The notes under the pieces are model-generated. The model had not been told where the DNA came from. It worked only from the letters and a program-made list of their open reading frames with translations, and ran no database searches. The position numbers and the translations under genes were made by a program. This document shows, piece after piece, positions 27,732-36,684 of a stretch of DNA of 64,000 nt. Origin of the DNA: a virus; the IMG/VR virus record IMGVR_UViG_3300003886_000002; one strand, given 5' to 3'. Numbering within the stretch: the first letter of the stretch is position 1; each line of letters starts with the position of its first letter.

Positions 27732-27926
27732 TCAAGGCCCGAATATGTCGCTCGGGTCGTAGGTGAGGGCCTCGCCGCAGTGCTGGCACGTAGTAGCGAG
27801 AGTGTCCTTGTGGCCCTTGTAGTTGACGGCGGCGGCCTCGTCGTAGGTCTCCTTCTCGCAGTGGTAGCACTCGGCGGTAAATGCCACCTCGAAGGGGTAA
27901 TCATCTGTCGCGGGGTAAGCGGGCAT
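27732..27926 (-). CDS. Small Zn-ribbon protein
   Basis: CYHC...CQHC; AGGAGG RBS within a 55-bp repeat (27930-27984 identical to 28936-28990). Confidence 0.7.
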   Translation of the reverse strand: MPAYPATDDYPFEVAFTAECYHCEKETYDEAAAVNYKGHKDTLATTCQHCGEALTYDPSDIFGP

Positions 27927-28162
27927 CAAGACCTCCTGAGGTCTAGGGTTGCTGACAAGGAAAGTATCTCACACTATCGCGCGCCTGTCATGGGCCGAAA
28001 GACCCTACAGGGCACGGCCGAACGGCCCACATGTAAACGTTCCCGTCACCGCGGCGACGGGCATCCAGTCCAGGGGGGTTTAGATGGTTCATGTAGACGG
28101 TTCGCATGGCATTAGGCCGAATGGCCTATGGTGTTGTAGCTCCCCGTGTGAGATACTTTCCT

Positions 28163-28374
28163 TGTAGCAGAGATACACCTTGGCCTAGTGTGAACAGGCC
28201 CCCTCCCCAGGTAAGGGGCGCAGGGAAGCTGCGTAACGTACCCGGCGCCGTGGACCGACAGAACACGGACCGCCTAAGTCTGAGGCGGACAGAATCGGAC
28301 CCTTCCACCGGTTAGTGGCGCAGGGAAGCTGCGTAACGTGCCCGAGATGCCCCGGTGATCTGCACCGGGGCATC
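28163..28374 (+). ncRNA. Candidate ncRNA-2 with two 28-nt hairpin repeats 100 nt apart
   Basis: Class I -10 context GTGTGAGATACTTTCCTTG at 28146-28164; GGCGCAGGGAAGCTGCGTAACGT(A/G)CCCG at 28217 and 28317; terminal hairpin 28346-28374. Confidence 0.6.
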
Positions 28375-28419
28375 GTCGCGCCAACGGTAATGGCCTTCCA
28401 GTCTCCCGGGGGTGGGCGC

Positions 28420-28457
28420 GGCGGTAGGGTCAGACTGTATGGTCTGACCCTACCGCC
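28420..28457 (-). terminator. Perfect 16-bp hairpin terminator
   Basis: GGCGGTAGGGTCAGAC-TGTATG-GTCTGACCCTACCGCC, just past the stop at 28462. Confidence 0.85.
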
Positions 28458-28461
28458 ATCG

Positions 28462-28930
28462 CTAAAGGTTGTAGCGGTCCTCATCCTCCAGCCATGGGTT
28501 GCGGTGCTCGCGCCACGGGGTGCCGTACAGGTCTATCTCCTCATCCTTCCACGCGTCATACGCGTTATCGTCGTCAAAGACGATAGGGCGCCCGGTGGTG
28601 AGGCTCCTGTAGGTTTCGCTCACGGTTGCACCTCACATGCGGCTATGAACAGCTCGCGGTTGAATCGGCTACTGTCTGCTTCACAGAAGTCCGCGAGTAC
28701 GTGAGCCAGCTTTTCGGGACCGATACCCTGTCCAGGTATGCTGGCCACGATAGCGGCTAGCCTTTCGTAGTGCTTACGCGTCATGTCTTGACCTCCCGGT
28801 TGACTGCAACAAGTGCCTCGGCCTCTCGCCGGTCGATACGCAAATACTGTACCTTTGGATGGTGGTACATCTGCCCCCTCAACCGCTCCACAACACTTCG
28901 CACCGTCTCCCGTTGCCTCTCTATGTCCAT
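28462..28930 (-). CDS. Three coupled small ORFs (28781-28930, 28620-28784, 28462-28623)
   Basis: Hand translation; ATGA/GTGA overlaps; middle ORF MTRKHYERLA...SRFNRELFIAAC. Confidence 0.7.
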
Positions 28931-29054
28931 ATCTTGACCTCCTGAGGTCTAGGGTTGCTGACAAGGAAAGTATCTCACACTATCGCGCGCTTGGTAAGGG
29001 CCGAAAGACCCTATCGGGGGTGGCCCGGGGGTGAGCGATCCAGTACAGGTGTAC

Positions 29055-29288
29055 CGAATCGGGCCGGGCCATCGGGTCGCCTACCATCCCCGCATCGGTG
29101 CACCTCCGCGGTTACTCTCGGCTACCGTCTAGCCCGTTCTCCCCGTTCGCTCACCTACTTGGCACATCCATCCACTACCCTTCATTCAGGGATCGCCTAC
29201 CATTCCCAGGTAGGACGTGATCGTTAGCCGTCAGGGGTAGTTTCATATGGCGTGCTTGATGGCACCTCGGGGGTCCCGATTCGTTTAC
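29055..29288 (-). ncRNA. Candidate ncRNA-3 (about 230 nt)
   Basis: TTGACG-17-GAGGCT class I promoter; terminal stem CGAATCGGG/CCCGATTCG; two hairpins sharing the loop ATGGTAGGCGA. Confidence 0.65.
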
Positions 29289-29456
29289 AAGGAAAGCCTC
29301 TCACATTATCGCGCGGCCGTCAAGTGTTTTGTTTACCAAACACGCGCTAACCGCCGCGAGCGAACGTGTGTTCCAGTCACCGCAACTGTGGGGGCCTTCC
29401 AGTCCTTGTGGGTGACGCGCGTGTGAGGCCGACCGTTAGGTCGACCTCACTAGCGT

Positions 29457-29639
29457 CTAGATGTATCCCAGAAGCAGAAGCGGCGAACGGTGCCCATGCG
29501 GGCACCTACCGTCGGGCTCTACGATGCAGCCGTCGGCGGTCTCGGCCACGCCTTCCGACATGATCCCCTCAAGCTCAGAGAAGTCTAGGCCCTCCGCGTA
29601 CTCCACGTCGGCCCGAGCAATCTCGGTGGTATCGTGCAT
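29457..29639 (-). CDS. Small phage protein (DGC.VEPDG.CPHG..S.L motif)
   Basis: Own TTGACA-17-CAGACT promoter; GGAGG RBS. Confidence 0.75.
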   Translation of the reverse strand: MHDTTEIARADVEYAEGLDFSELEGIMSEGVAETADGCIVEPDGRCPHGHRSPLLLLGYI

Positions 29640-29876
29640 TCTCTCACCTCCCTAGAGTTGTGCTGACAAGACAAGTCTGCCAGATAGCGGCTAGCATGTC
29701 AAGCCTAAACGGTAGGCCGAAAGACCCTATCGGGCACGGCCGAACGACCCACGTACAAACGTTCGCCCCCGCCACGTCATCCAGTGCCATCTGGCAGAAC
29801 CGGGTTTTGGGTCTTGACTCACCCCCCATGACGCGCGACACTAGTAGGGATACATCACCTAACGAGAGGTCCGCCT

Positions 29877-30113
29877 ATGCGCACATGGAGACAGACATAC
29901 GCCATGGTAGCTCTACTCGCCCTAGTGGCCCTAGTGCTCACATGGAGAACGGGGTACGATGCCGGGAAAGGTAGCCACCCTACCGACATACCTGTAGAGC
30001 GAACCATTCCAAGCGAACCATCCTGTACCCTATATGAGGATGGCAGCACCTACTGTAACAGTAGCGGCGCCGATGGTTCGGCTTGCATCATACCCGAATG
30101 GGGGTGCCTATAG
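29877..30113 (+). CDS. Membrane-anchored Cys-rich protein, paralog of 34282-34500
   Basis: N-terminal TM helix; CTLYEDGS.YCNS...DGS.CII.EWGCL shared. Confidence 0.75.
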   Translation: MRTWRQTYAMVALLALVALVLTWRTGYDAGKGSHPTDIPVERTIPSEPSCTLYEDGSTYCNSSGADGSACIIPEWGCL

Positions 30114-30785
30114 ACCATCGGGTCCGACCATCCACCCGAACCATCGGACCCCGGGGGGTACTGGAACACGTGTTCGGTCGGATCGGACCATCGGGTCGGA
30201 CCGTCGGATCGGATGATCGGATTTGATGGTATAGGTGATTTGTGCTGATTAGAGACTCTGTATCTAATCATATGTTTGTACCTGATTATAGATACAGTAT
30301 CTAATGAGATCTAACGTATCTAACAAGGGGGGACGCGTCACATGGAAGCGCTAGAGCGGAGCGGCAGAGGCGTAGCCGCGTGTCCCAACGGTAGCGCGAA
30401 GGGCGTCCAAACTGTAGCGTGGCTACACGGTTACATGCCGCCCGGGTGCTGCCCTGCCACTAGGCAAAGCGTGTTAGATGCCCCTGGCCGCTATGTCTCA
30501 TATGTCATACGGTGCACGCTAGACATATGGCAGACGGCCCCTGTCCCCGCATGAAACTACCGACGGCACCCGTAGAGGCAACAAACCCAACCCTACCCTT
30601 GGGGACAGTGGCCGCCTAGAGCCACCTACAGAGGCCACCTGAGGGCACCCGCGGGCTACAGGGGACAGCAGCGACAGTAGCGGCAACGGTACAGGTGGGG
30701 GCGGCGTCACGGCAAAACAGACGTGTGCCCCGTAGGGTGCGCGGAGCATGCCACGCTACCCTACAGGGCACACACCACAGGGAGT

Positions 30786-31163
30786 CTACGTGAGATACTG
30801 TACCATGTTCTCCAGGTACTCCATCACATCACGGTCAGCGGTCCGGATCGTAGCCCCGTCGAACCAATCGGAGAAACGGTACGCCGCGGATGTCTCTGCG
30901 AGTTCCCACCCGTAGGTGCCGCGCTCGATCTCCACCTCCAGCTGATCGCCGGGGCCACCCGTGGACAGGAGCACCACCATAGTGGTATGTGTCTCTATCC
31001 CTAGAGCGTATTCGGCGATCCTATCAAGCGCGTCGTCGGAGGTTACGTCTTCCCCGTCGATCACGCCACCATCCTGATTGATGACGGCGTGCATATGGGC
31101 AAGGTCCTCTATACGGCTACGCAAGTGCCCTTCGATGCGGTCATCGCATGTAGGGTTGCTCAT
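30786..31163 (-). CDS. Acidic protein, paralog of 35109-35489
   Basis: MSNPTC.DR..GHL.SRI.DL...STGGPGDQLE shared; own promoter; AGGAG RBS. Confidence 0.8.
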   Translation of the reverse strand: MSNPTCDDRIEGHLRSRIEDLAHMHAVINQDGGVIDGEDVTSDDALDRIAEYALGIETHTTMVVLLSTGGPGDQLEVEIERGTYGWELAETSAAYRFSDWFDGATIRTADRDVMEYLENMVQYLT

Positions 31164-31366
31164 GCGTTCATCTCCTTTTCGTAGGTGATCTGCTGACACT
31201 CATACCCTCACACATGCGCGCGAAGATGTCAACCCCCGAAACGAAGAATCTTCCACACCCCAAAACCCATAGAACCACCCAGACTGGATCACCACACAGC
31301 ATCCGAAACGTGTGGGACTGGATACCCGATGTCGTAGCGGCCGCGGGGGCTGCTACGGTTACCGCG

Positions 31367-31585
31367 TTACTGTCCCGTGAGGGCAGTTTCGATATCGTCT
31401 GCTATAGCAGCGATCTCTTCTGCGGCGGTCTTGCGGGCCTGTCGGTGCCACCCTATGTCTTGTAGAGCGCAGTCCATGGGGGCTGTAGGTCGATCTGTGC
31501 GACGGTCGGCGTCCCTGATATCCCCTAGGCGCTCCGCTATGCCCTGTAGCGTGCTGAGCCTCCGCATGATTAGTTCCATGTCCAT
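31367..31585 (-). CDS. Hypothetical coiled-coil protein
   Basis: TTGACA-17-TAGAGT-GTCAG promoter; AGGGG RBS. Confidence 0.7.
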   Translation of the reverse strand: MDMELIMRRLSTLQGIAERLGDIRDADRRTDRPTAPMDCALQDIGWHRQARKTAAEEIAAIADDIETALTGQ

Positions 31586-31973
31586 GTCTTTCCCCTGTCG
31601 GTTGGCTTTTGCTGACAACAGAACTCTACCATCGGCGCGCGATGCTGTCAAGCAGATTTTGTAGACCCGAGGGACACGGGCGTCCAGTCACATGAGCCCG
31701 GGCTATCTGCCGCCGCGCCCGGCCGCTACCCCGCAGAGGTAGGCGGCAATCAAAGTAACCCACCATACGGCTAGCAGGGTGGTGGCTACCCCGCCGCTCA
31801 TGGTTCGTCCCCCATGCCTACCCGTAGTTGCACCGCTGGGGTCCGCCACGCCACAACCCCTTGGTGGTAGATGTCCGCGGCACGGTGCGCCGCGTGTATC
31901 CCGTCAGTACCGTTCACCGTGACGGTACGGCCGTCCTCTAGCTTCAGCTCATACGGCCACATAGCTCGCGCGC

Positions 31974-32766
31974 TCACAAGGCGCCCCGATATATAGCGTC
32001 AAACGCATGAGCCGTAGCGTCATCGCTAAGCGCCCCACCATCGGGCCGTACAGGGCCAGGGGACCTATCCGAATACGCATTAGGGCCGTGGCCGCTACGC
32101 ACAAAGCGATGATGCCGCGCACAACACTTGACGGCCGCCCCGATGGTGCGATGCAAAATGCAGCAGCGCCCGGTAACGGGGCCGTAGCAAGTCCAGCGAA
32201 CGTAAACGTTGTTTAGGGCGGTCATCGCCACCACCCCTCGGCTTCCCATTCCCACGGCTCAGCCTCGAACTCAATCACTTCACGTGCACGCCATTCTGCG
32301 CATCCTTGGTGGATCGTCGGGTCATCTACTGACGGCGGCCCGTAGCACTTGACGATGCTCACCGCGGCGTCGGCGTCTATCACGCCAGCCCACCTCGGAG
32401 CGGTCGGGTCGAGAGCTTCCTCACAGATGAGACATACCCCGTTCGCGACGGTCCGGGCGGCGTCCTCGAACTCACGCGTGAGCATGTCGGCGTCGTTGTT
32501 CGGGTCGATCATCGCGCACCCTCGAACAGTACGCGGCCATCATACACCTCAGGGGTGAGACCGGCATCAGCGCACCCCTCTAGGGCAACCGAACCTATGT
32601 CATCCCATATCTCGGCGCTGATAACGCGGGGCCGGATACCGTCGCCCATGAGAAGCACCGAATCGGTGATGTCCAAGACCTTCCCTGTAGCGGGGCAGAA
32701 AATCTCGCGCTGCACCGCGTAGCGGAGAATCTCGCGGTCCGCTATCTCTTGCATCGTATCGCTCAT
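31974..32766 (-). CDS. Three coupled small ORFs (32509-32766, 32222-32512, 31974-32225)
   Basis: ATGA overlaps; AGGAGG RBS behind a class I promoter. Confidence 0.7.
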
Positions 32767-32773
32767 GTCTCGC

Positions 32774-32864
32774 ACCTCCTGATAGATGTTTGCTGACAAA
32801 GAAAGTCTCTCACACTATCGCGCGGCCGTCAAGCGTTTTGTTTACCAAGCACACAGATAGATAC
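32774..32864 (-). repeat. 91-bp perfect direct repeat (promoter plus RBS), second copy 34115-34205
   Basis: Identical by base-by-base comparison. Confidence 0.9.
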
Positions 32865-32943
32865 TCCAGTCCCGGGGCGCCGACACGGGCCGGAGAGTGG
32901 ATGGGTCTCCGGCCCGCGGGGTCAGCGATCTGTACCCGGGGGG

Positions 32944-33366
32944 TTATGCGGCTAGCGCCTGCCGCACCTTCTCGTACTTGACGCGCTCGCCGTCACAGAA
33001 GGTCCAGGGCATAGCTACCCCGGCGACAAAGAATGCATCCCCCATGTAGTCGTACACCGTGACAGGGGCGCCGCCCTCGTCGCTCTGTGCAGATACCACG
33101 GTGCACCACGTGCCCGTATCATCCTCCGGGTGGGTACGGCAATCTCCCAGCGACGGGTTGTGGCGTAGGGCCGTCTGTGCCATCCTGTCTAGCAGGGGGA
33201 TGACAAGCGCCGCTACCCCTTCCGCCGTTTCCCTGTCGGGAAGGTACCCCGTGCTCGTCACGTACGGCGACCCTAGCATGATGTTGCCGAAGTCTAGAGA
33301 GTACCCCTCGGGGTGCTCCTCTTTACCTGCCCCTAGGGCGCCTATAGCGTCTATCACGTCTACCAT
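32944..33366 (-). CDS. Hypothetical protein
   Basis: TTGACA-17-GAGACT-GTCAGCAAC promoter; GAGGAG RBS. Confidence 0.7.
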   Translation of the reverse strand: MVDVIDAIGALGAGKEEHPEGYSLDFGNIMLGSPYVTSTGYLPDRETAEGVAALVIPLLDRMAQTALRHNPSLGDCRTHPEDDTGTWCTVVSAQSDEGGAPVTVYDYMGDAFFVAGVAMPWTFCDGERVKYEKVRQALAA

Positions 33367-33511
33367 CTCGTGCTCCTCTCGGTTGCTGACAAGGGAAGTC
33401 TCCCACGTCCGCGCGAGCATGTCAAGAGGTTTCTCAAATTCCCCCCCAACCCGAACGGGCATCCAGTCCTGTAGGGCCGGTGGGGATGATGGTCCATCCC
33501 CACCATGTGGG

Positions 33512-34108
33512 CTACATGTTCGAGAACACGTACACGGTGCCCGAGGCTACGTGAGTCCAGATGTCGCCGCCCATCTCCCACTCGCGGCCCATGCGCTCCC
33601 AATCCACGTAAGGGGCGAGCATGTCCGTATCGCTGGGGGTACCATGCATCCCGCAGTAGGTGTCATAGGTGTAGTCGCCCAACGAGTCCCACTCGCCGCG
33701 GTAGGCGTCACAGAACAGCTCAGACCACTCCACGGGGTCGTTTGCCTCGTCTTCGCACATACTGTGCCAAGCTGAGAATGCCACGGGGTCATGCTCCGAG
33801 AGGCACCCGGCGAGAGCCACGATAGTCGCTAGCGACTCATGCTCTCCGATACGGATAGAGGCGAACCCCTCATAGTCGTGGATCGCCCACTCTTCTGCAC
33901 CGGGGCGAGGGGAGAACTTGAGCATGCACTCTATGTCCTCCGCCAGATCATCCACGTCTGCCGGAATGTCAAGCCACTCGCCGTACATCTCCCCGTTGTT
34001 GTAGTCGCTCAGACTAGCGACATAGATACGTGGTATGCTGCAACCCCGGGAGTGGCCCGGTTCGGGTACCCCTCGTGGATTGCTGATGGTGGTCTGTAGG
34101 GTGCTCAC
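33512..34108 (-). CDS. ardA: Antirestriction protein ArdA
   Basis: RIYVASLSDYNNG.MYGEWLD, EEWAIHDYEGF, YVDWERMGRE; strongly acidic. Confidence 0.92.
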   Translation of the reverse strand: MSTLQTTISNPRGVPEPGHSRGCSIPRIYVASLSDYNNGEMYGEWLDIPADVDDLAEDIECMLKFSPRPGAEEWAIHDYEGFASIRIGEHESLATIVALAGCLSEHDPVAFSAWHSMCEDEANDPVEWSELFCDAYRGEWDSLGDYTYDTYCGMHGTPSDTDMLAPYVDWERMGREWEMGGDIWTHVASGTVYVFSNM

Positions 34109-34281
34109 TATTGAACCTCCTGATAGATGTTTGCTGACAAAGAAAGTCTCTCACACTATCGCGCGGCCGTCAAGCGTTTTGTTTACCAAGCACACAGATA
34201 GATACAAACATTTGGGCTTGACTTCTGCGATGAGACGCGCGAGACTTGATGTGTCAGATACAACTATTGCCGGAGGTACCT

Positions 34282-34500
34282 ATGAATCGTTGGGAAGCGC
34301 TATACGTCGTCGCCATAACGGTGGTGGCGACCGTACTCATATGGGCGTACACCGTGACCATACACATAGACCATGCAGAAGTGACGGATACGCCGCCGTG
34401 CACCCTATACGAGGATGGCAGCGTCTACTGTAACAGTCCAACCGGGAGCGTACCAGCCGATGGTTCAGGCTGCATCATCCAAGAATGGGGATGCCTATAG
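34282..34500 (+). CDS. Membrane-anchored Cys-rich protein, paralog of 29877-30113
   Basis: GGAGG RBS; TTGACT-17-GAGACT promoter; shared C-terminus. Confidence 0.75.
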   Translation: MNRWEALYVVAITVVATVLIWAYTVTIHIDHAEVTDTPPCTLYEDGSVYCNSPTGSVPADGSGCIIQEWGCL

Positions 34501-34701
34501 GGGTACCCCCCACCCCTATGGGCAGCACCGAACACACGTTCGCCCCTACTGGACACCGACAGGCCAGATATGGGCTGAATGCTCTTTGATACATATAGAT
34601 ACATCTGTTTCTAATAGAGAGTCCTGTATCTAATCGGGATCGTTGTATCTAAACCATGCCGCTACCCTATGGGGAATAACCCATACGGACTCACCGCCAG
34701 G

Positions 34702-34929
34702 TCACACGTCGGTAGCGCAACGCGGACACAGCCCCGTACGGGGGTCGAGCACAACGTCATCGTACTCCCCGCACATACCGCATTCCTCTGGGACACGGTT
34801 CAAACGCCCATAGTCCCCATAGGGATCATAAGAGTCCGATGGATCGGGTTCGCTAGGGTAGTCCCACCCGAGCGGCTCGCCCGCCTCGTTGCGGTACACC
34901 ACTGCACCTGCACCGGGAAACATGCTCAT
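34702..34929 (-). CDS. Small protein with C-terminal Zn finger
   Basis: NEAGEPLGWD...CGMC...CPRC; own promoter; AGGAGG RBS. Confidence 0.7.
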   Translation of the reverse strand: MSMFPGAGAVVYRNEAGEPLGWDYPSEPDPSDSYDPYGDYGRLNRVPEECGMCGEYDDVVLDPRTGLCPRCATDV

Positions 34930-35108
34930 GATTACCCCTCCTGTAGTTGACTATCTGACACTCACATCATCCCACGCCCGCGCGAACATGTCAAGCCCCA
35001 ACCCCCCAACCCCACAGCCCCCACTATGGCATCCAGTGAAACGTCTTGACGTAAAGGAGCCCTGACCCATACAGGCCAGGGCTCCGTCTGATGTGACCGT
35101 GGGGGAGG

Positions 35109-35489
35109 CTAGAACGGGAGGCGTCCCACCATGGACTGTAGATAGTCCATGACTGCATCGTCGTTGGTTCGACGTGTTGCCCCGTCCCCCCAATCCAGGA
35201 ATCGGTAGATGGCGCTGGTGTCGGCCAGCTCCCACCCGTGCCCGTCGTTGATGACTTCGATCTCTAGCTGATCGCCGGGGCCACCCGTGCTGATGGTGAC
35301 GATCAAGGTGGATCGGAGATCAACTGCTAAGGCGTAGTCCTCGATCATGTCGAGCACCTCATCGGAGGTCACCTCTTCCCCCTCGATGACGCCGCCATCT
35401 TCCCCTAGGGCCTCTTGCATCTGCTCAAGGTCCCGGATTCTGCTGGCCAAGTGACCTGCTACCCGATCTTCACATGTAGGGTTACTCAT
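35109..35489 (-). CDS. Acidic protein, paralog of 30786-31163
   Basis: Shared motifs as above; GAGGAGG RBS. Confidence 0.8.
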   Translation of the reverse strand: MSNPTCEDRVAGHLASRIRDLEQMQEALGEDGGVIEGEEVTSDEVLDMIEDYALAVDLRSTLIVTISTGGPGDQLEIEVINDGHGWELADTSAIYRFLDWGDGATRRTNDDAVMDYLQSMVGRLPF

Positions 35490-35796
35490 GCGTTCACCTC
35501 CTCTAGTGACTTGCTGATAAGGGAAGCGTCTCACACTATCGCGCGGCCGTCAAGGGGGATCTTTAGAATCTTCCAACAACAGAATATGTCGACACTCCAC
35601 CTACACGCTCGGGGAACCATGGTGCAGGCAGAACCATCGTGACTGGATGCCAACCCACCGGGACTGGATAACCTTTATGGTTGTTTGGGCTGTGGGGGTT
35701 GTGTTGGGTGGAGAATTTTGAGAAACCCCTTGACTGCCGCGCGAGCATGTGGTTTACTTTTGCTGTCAGCAACAACCCCACAGAAGGAGATGACCT

Positions 35797-36054
35797 ATGC
35801 AGACCCTCTCAACAATCCTATGCATCGCTCGACTTGCCCAAGTGCAGGAGTCCCTGGTAGACGCGTACTGCCAGATGGCGCACCTCGGGACAACGACCGG
35901 CACAGACATCCGTTACGACGAAATCGTGATGGCATCAGCAAGGTGCGGTGCAGACGTAACGGCCTCCCTCCGGGCTCTCCGGATGGACCCAATCGACAGG
36001 TGGGGCATCTCCGCTTCCGCATCCAAGAACATCAAACGGTACCCTTGGATGTGA
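35797..36054 (+). CDS. Hypothetical protein
   Basis: TTGACT-17-TTTACT-GTCAGCAAC promoter; AAGGAG RBS. Confidence 0.7.
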   Translation: MQTLSTILCIARLAQVQESLVDAYCQMAHLGTTTGTDIRYDEIVMASARCGADVTASLRALRMDPIDRWGISASASKNIKRYPWM

Positions 36055-36684
36055 CCATCGGGGTCGGGGCATGAACCCCCGGCCCCGCTCACATCCCTTT
36101 GCCGCCGCTACTGGAACACATCCGCCGGTTTTGCCGATTTTGTGTATATCTGTTGGATGTCTTTGATATAGGGCAACGCGTCTGATATAGAGCAACGCGT
36201 CTGATAGGGGATAACGCGTCTGATAGGGGATAGAGCGTTTGGGGTAGGGGGAAGTCTCTATGCGGGTGGCGCAGCATTCGTCTCTAAAATGACGAAGGCC
36301 CCCGGGCACGACAGACCGGGGACCTCGTCGCAACACGAAGGGGGGTTCGTGTGCTATGGCAGCACCCTAGCACACGGGGGTGACATCTATCTACAGGTCC
36401 TTGACGGCTACCCCCAGAGGTGTAGGATGAAAACAGATCAGGGTCCTATGAGCCCATGGGGTCTGACTGGGAAAGCAAGAACCCGCCCTGGAGTGGCTCT
36501 CCGGTAGGCGGGTTCTCGTGTCTCCAACCCCCACTCTCGTTACAGCATGGGGATCAATAACTATCACACCTGTAGGGCATAAAGGACCAACCCAATGCAC
36601 CCACTCAACGAAGCCTGTAGAAGGACAAACGATGCATACACATGCTAACACAAGGTACGCTAGCTGTGCAAAAGATATCACGCC

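Noticed and set aside
28217-28344. Repeat-spacer-repeat as a CRISPR mini-array
   Set aside because: Only two repeats, with a 72-nt self-structured spacer, too long for a normal spacer. Reported as an ncRNA candidate instead.
30327-30780. tmRNA-like gene (G-rich start, short ORF ending VAA-stop)
   Set aside because: No TTCGAC 5' motif, no T-arm GTTCRA and no acceptor stem.
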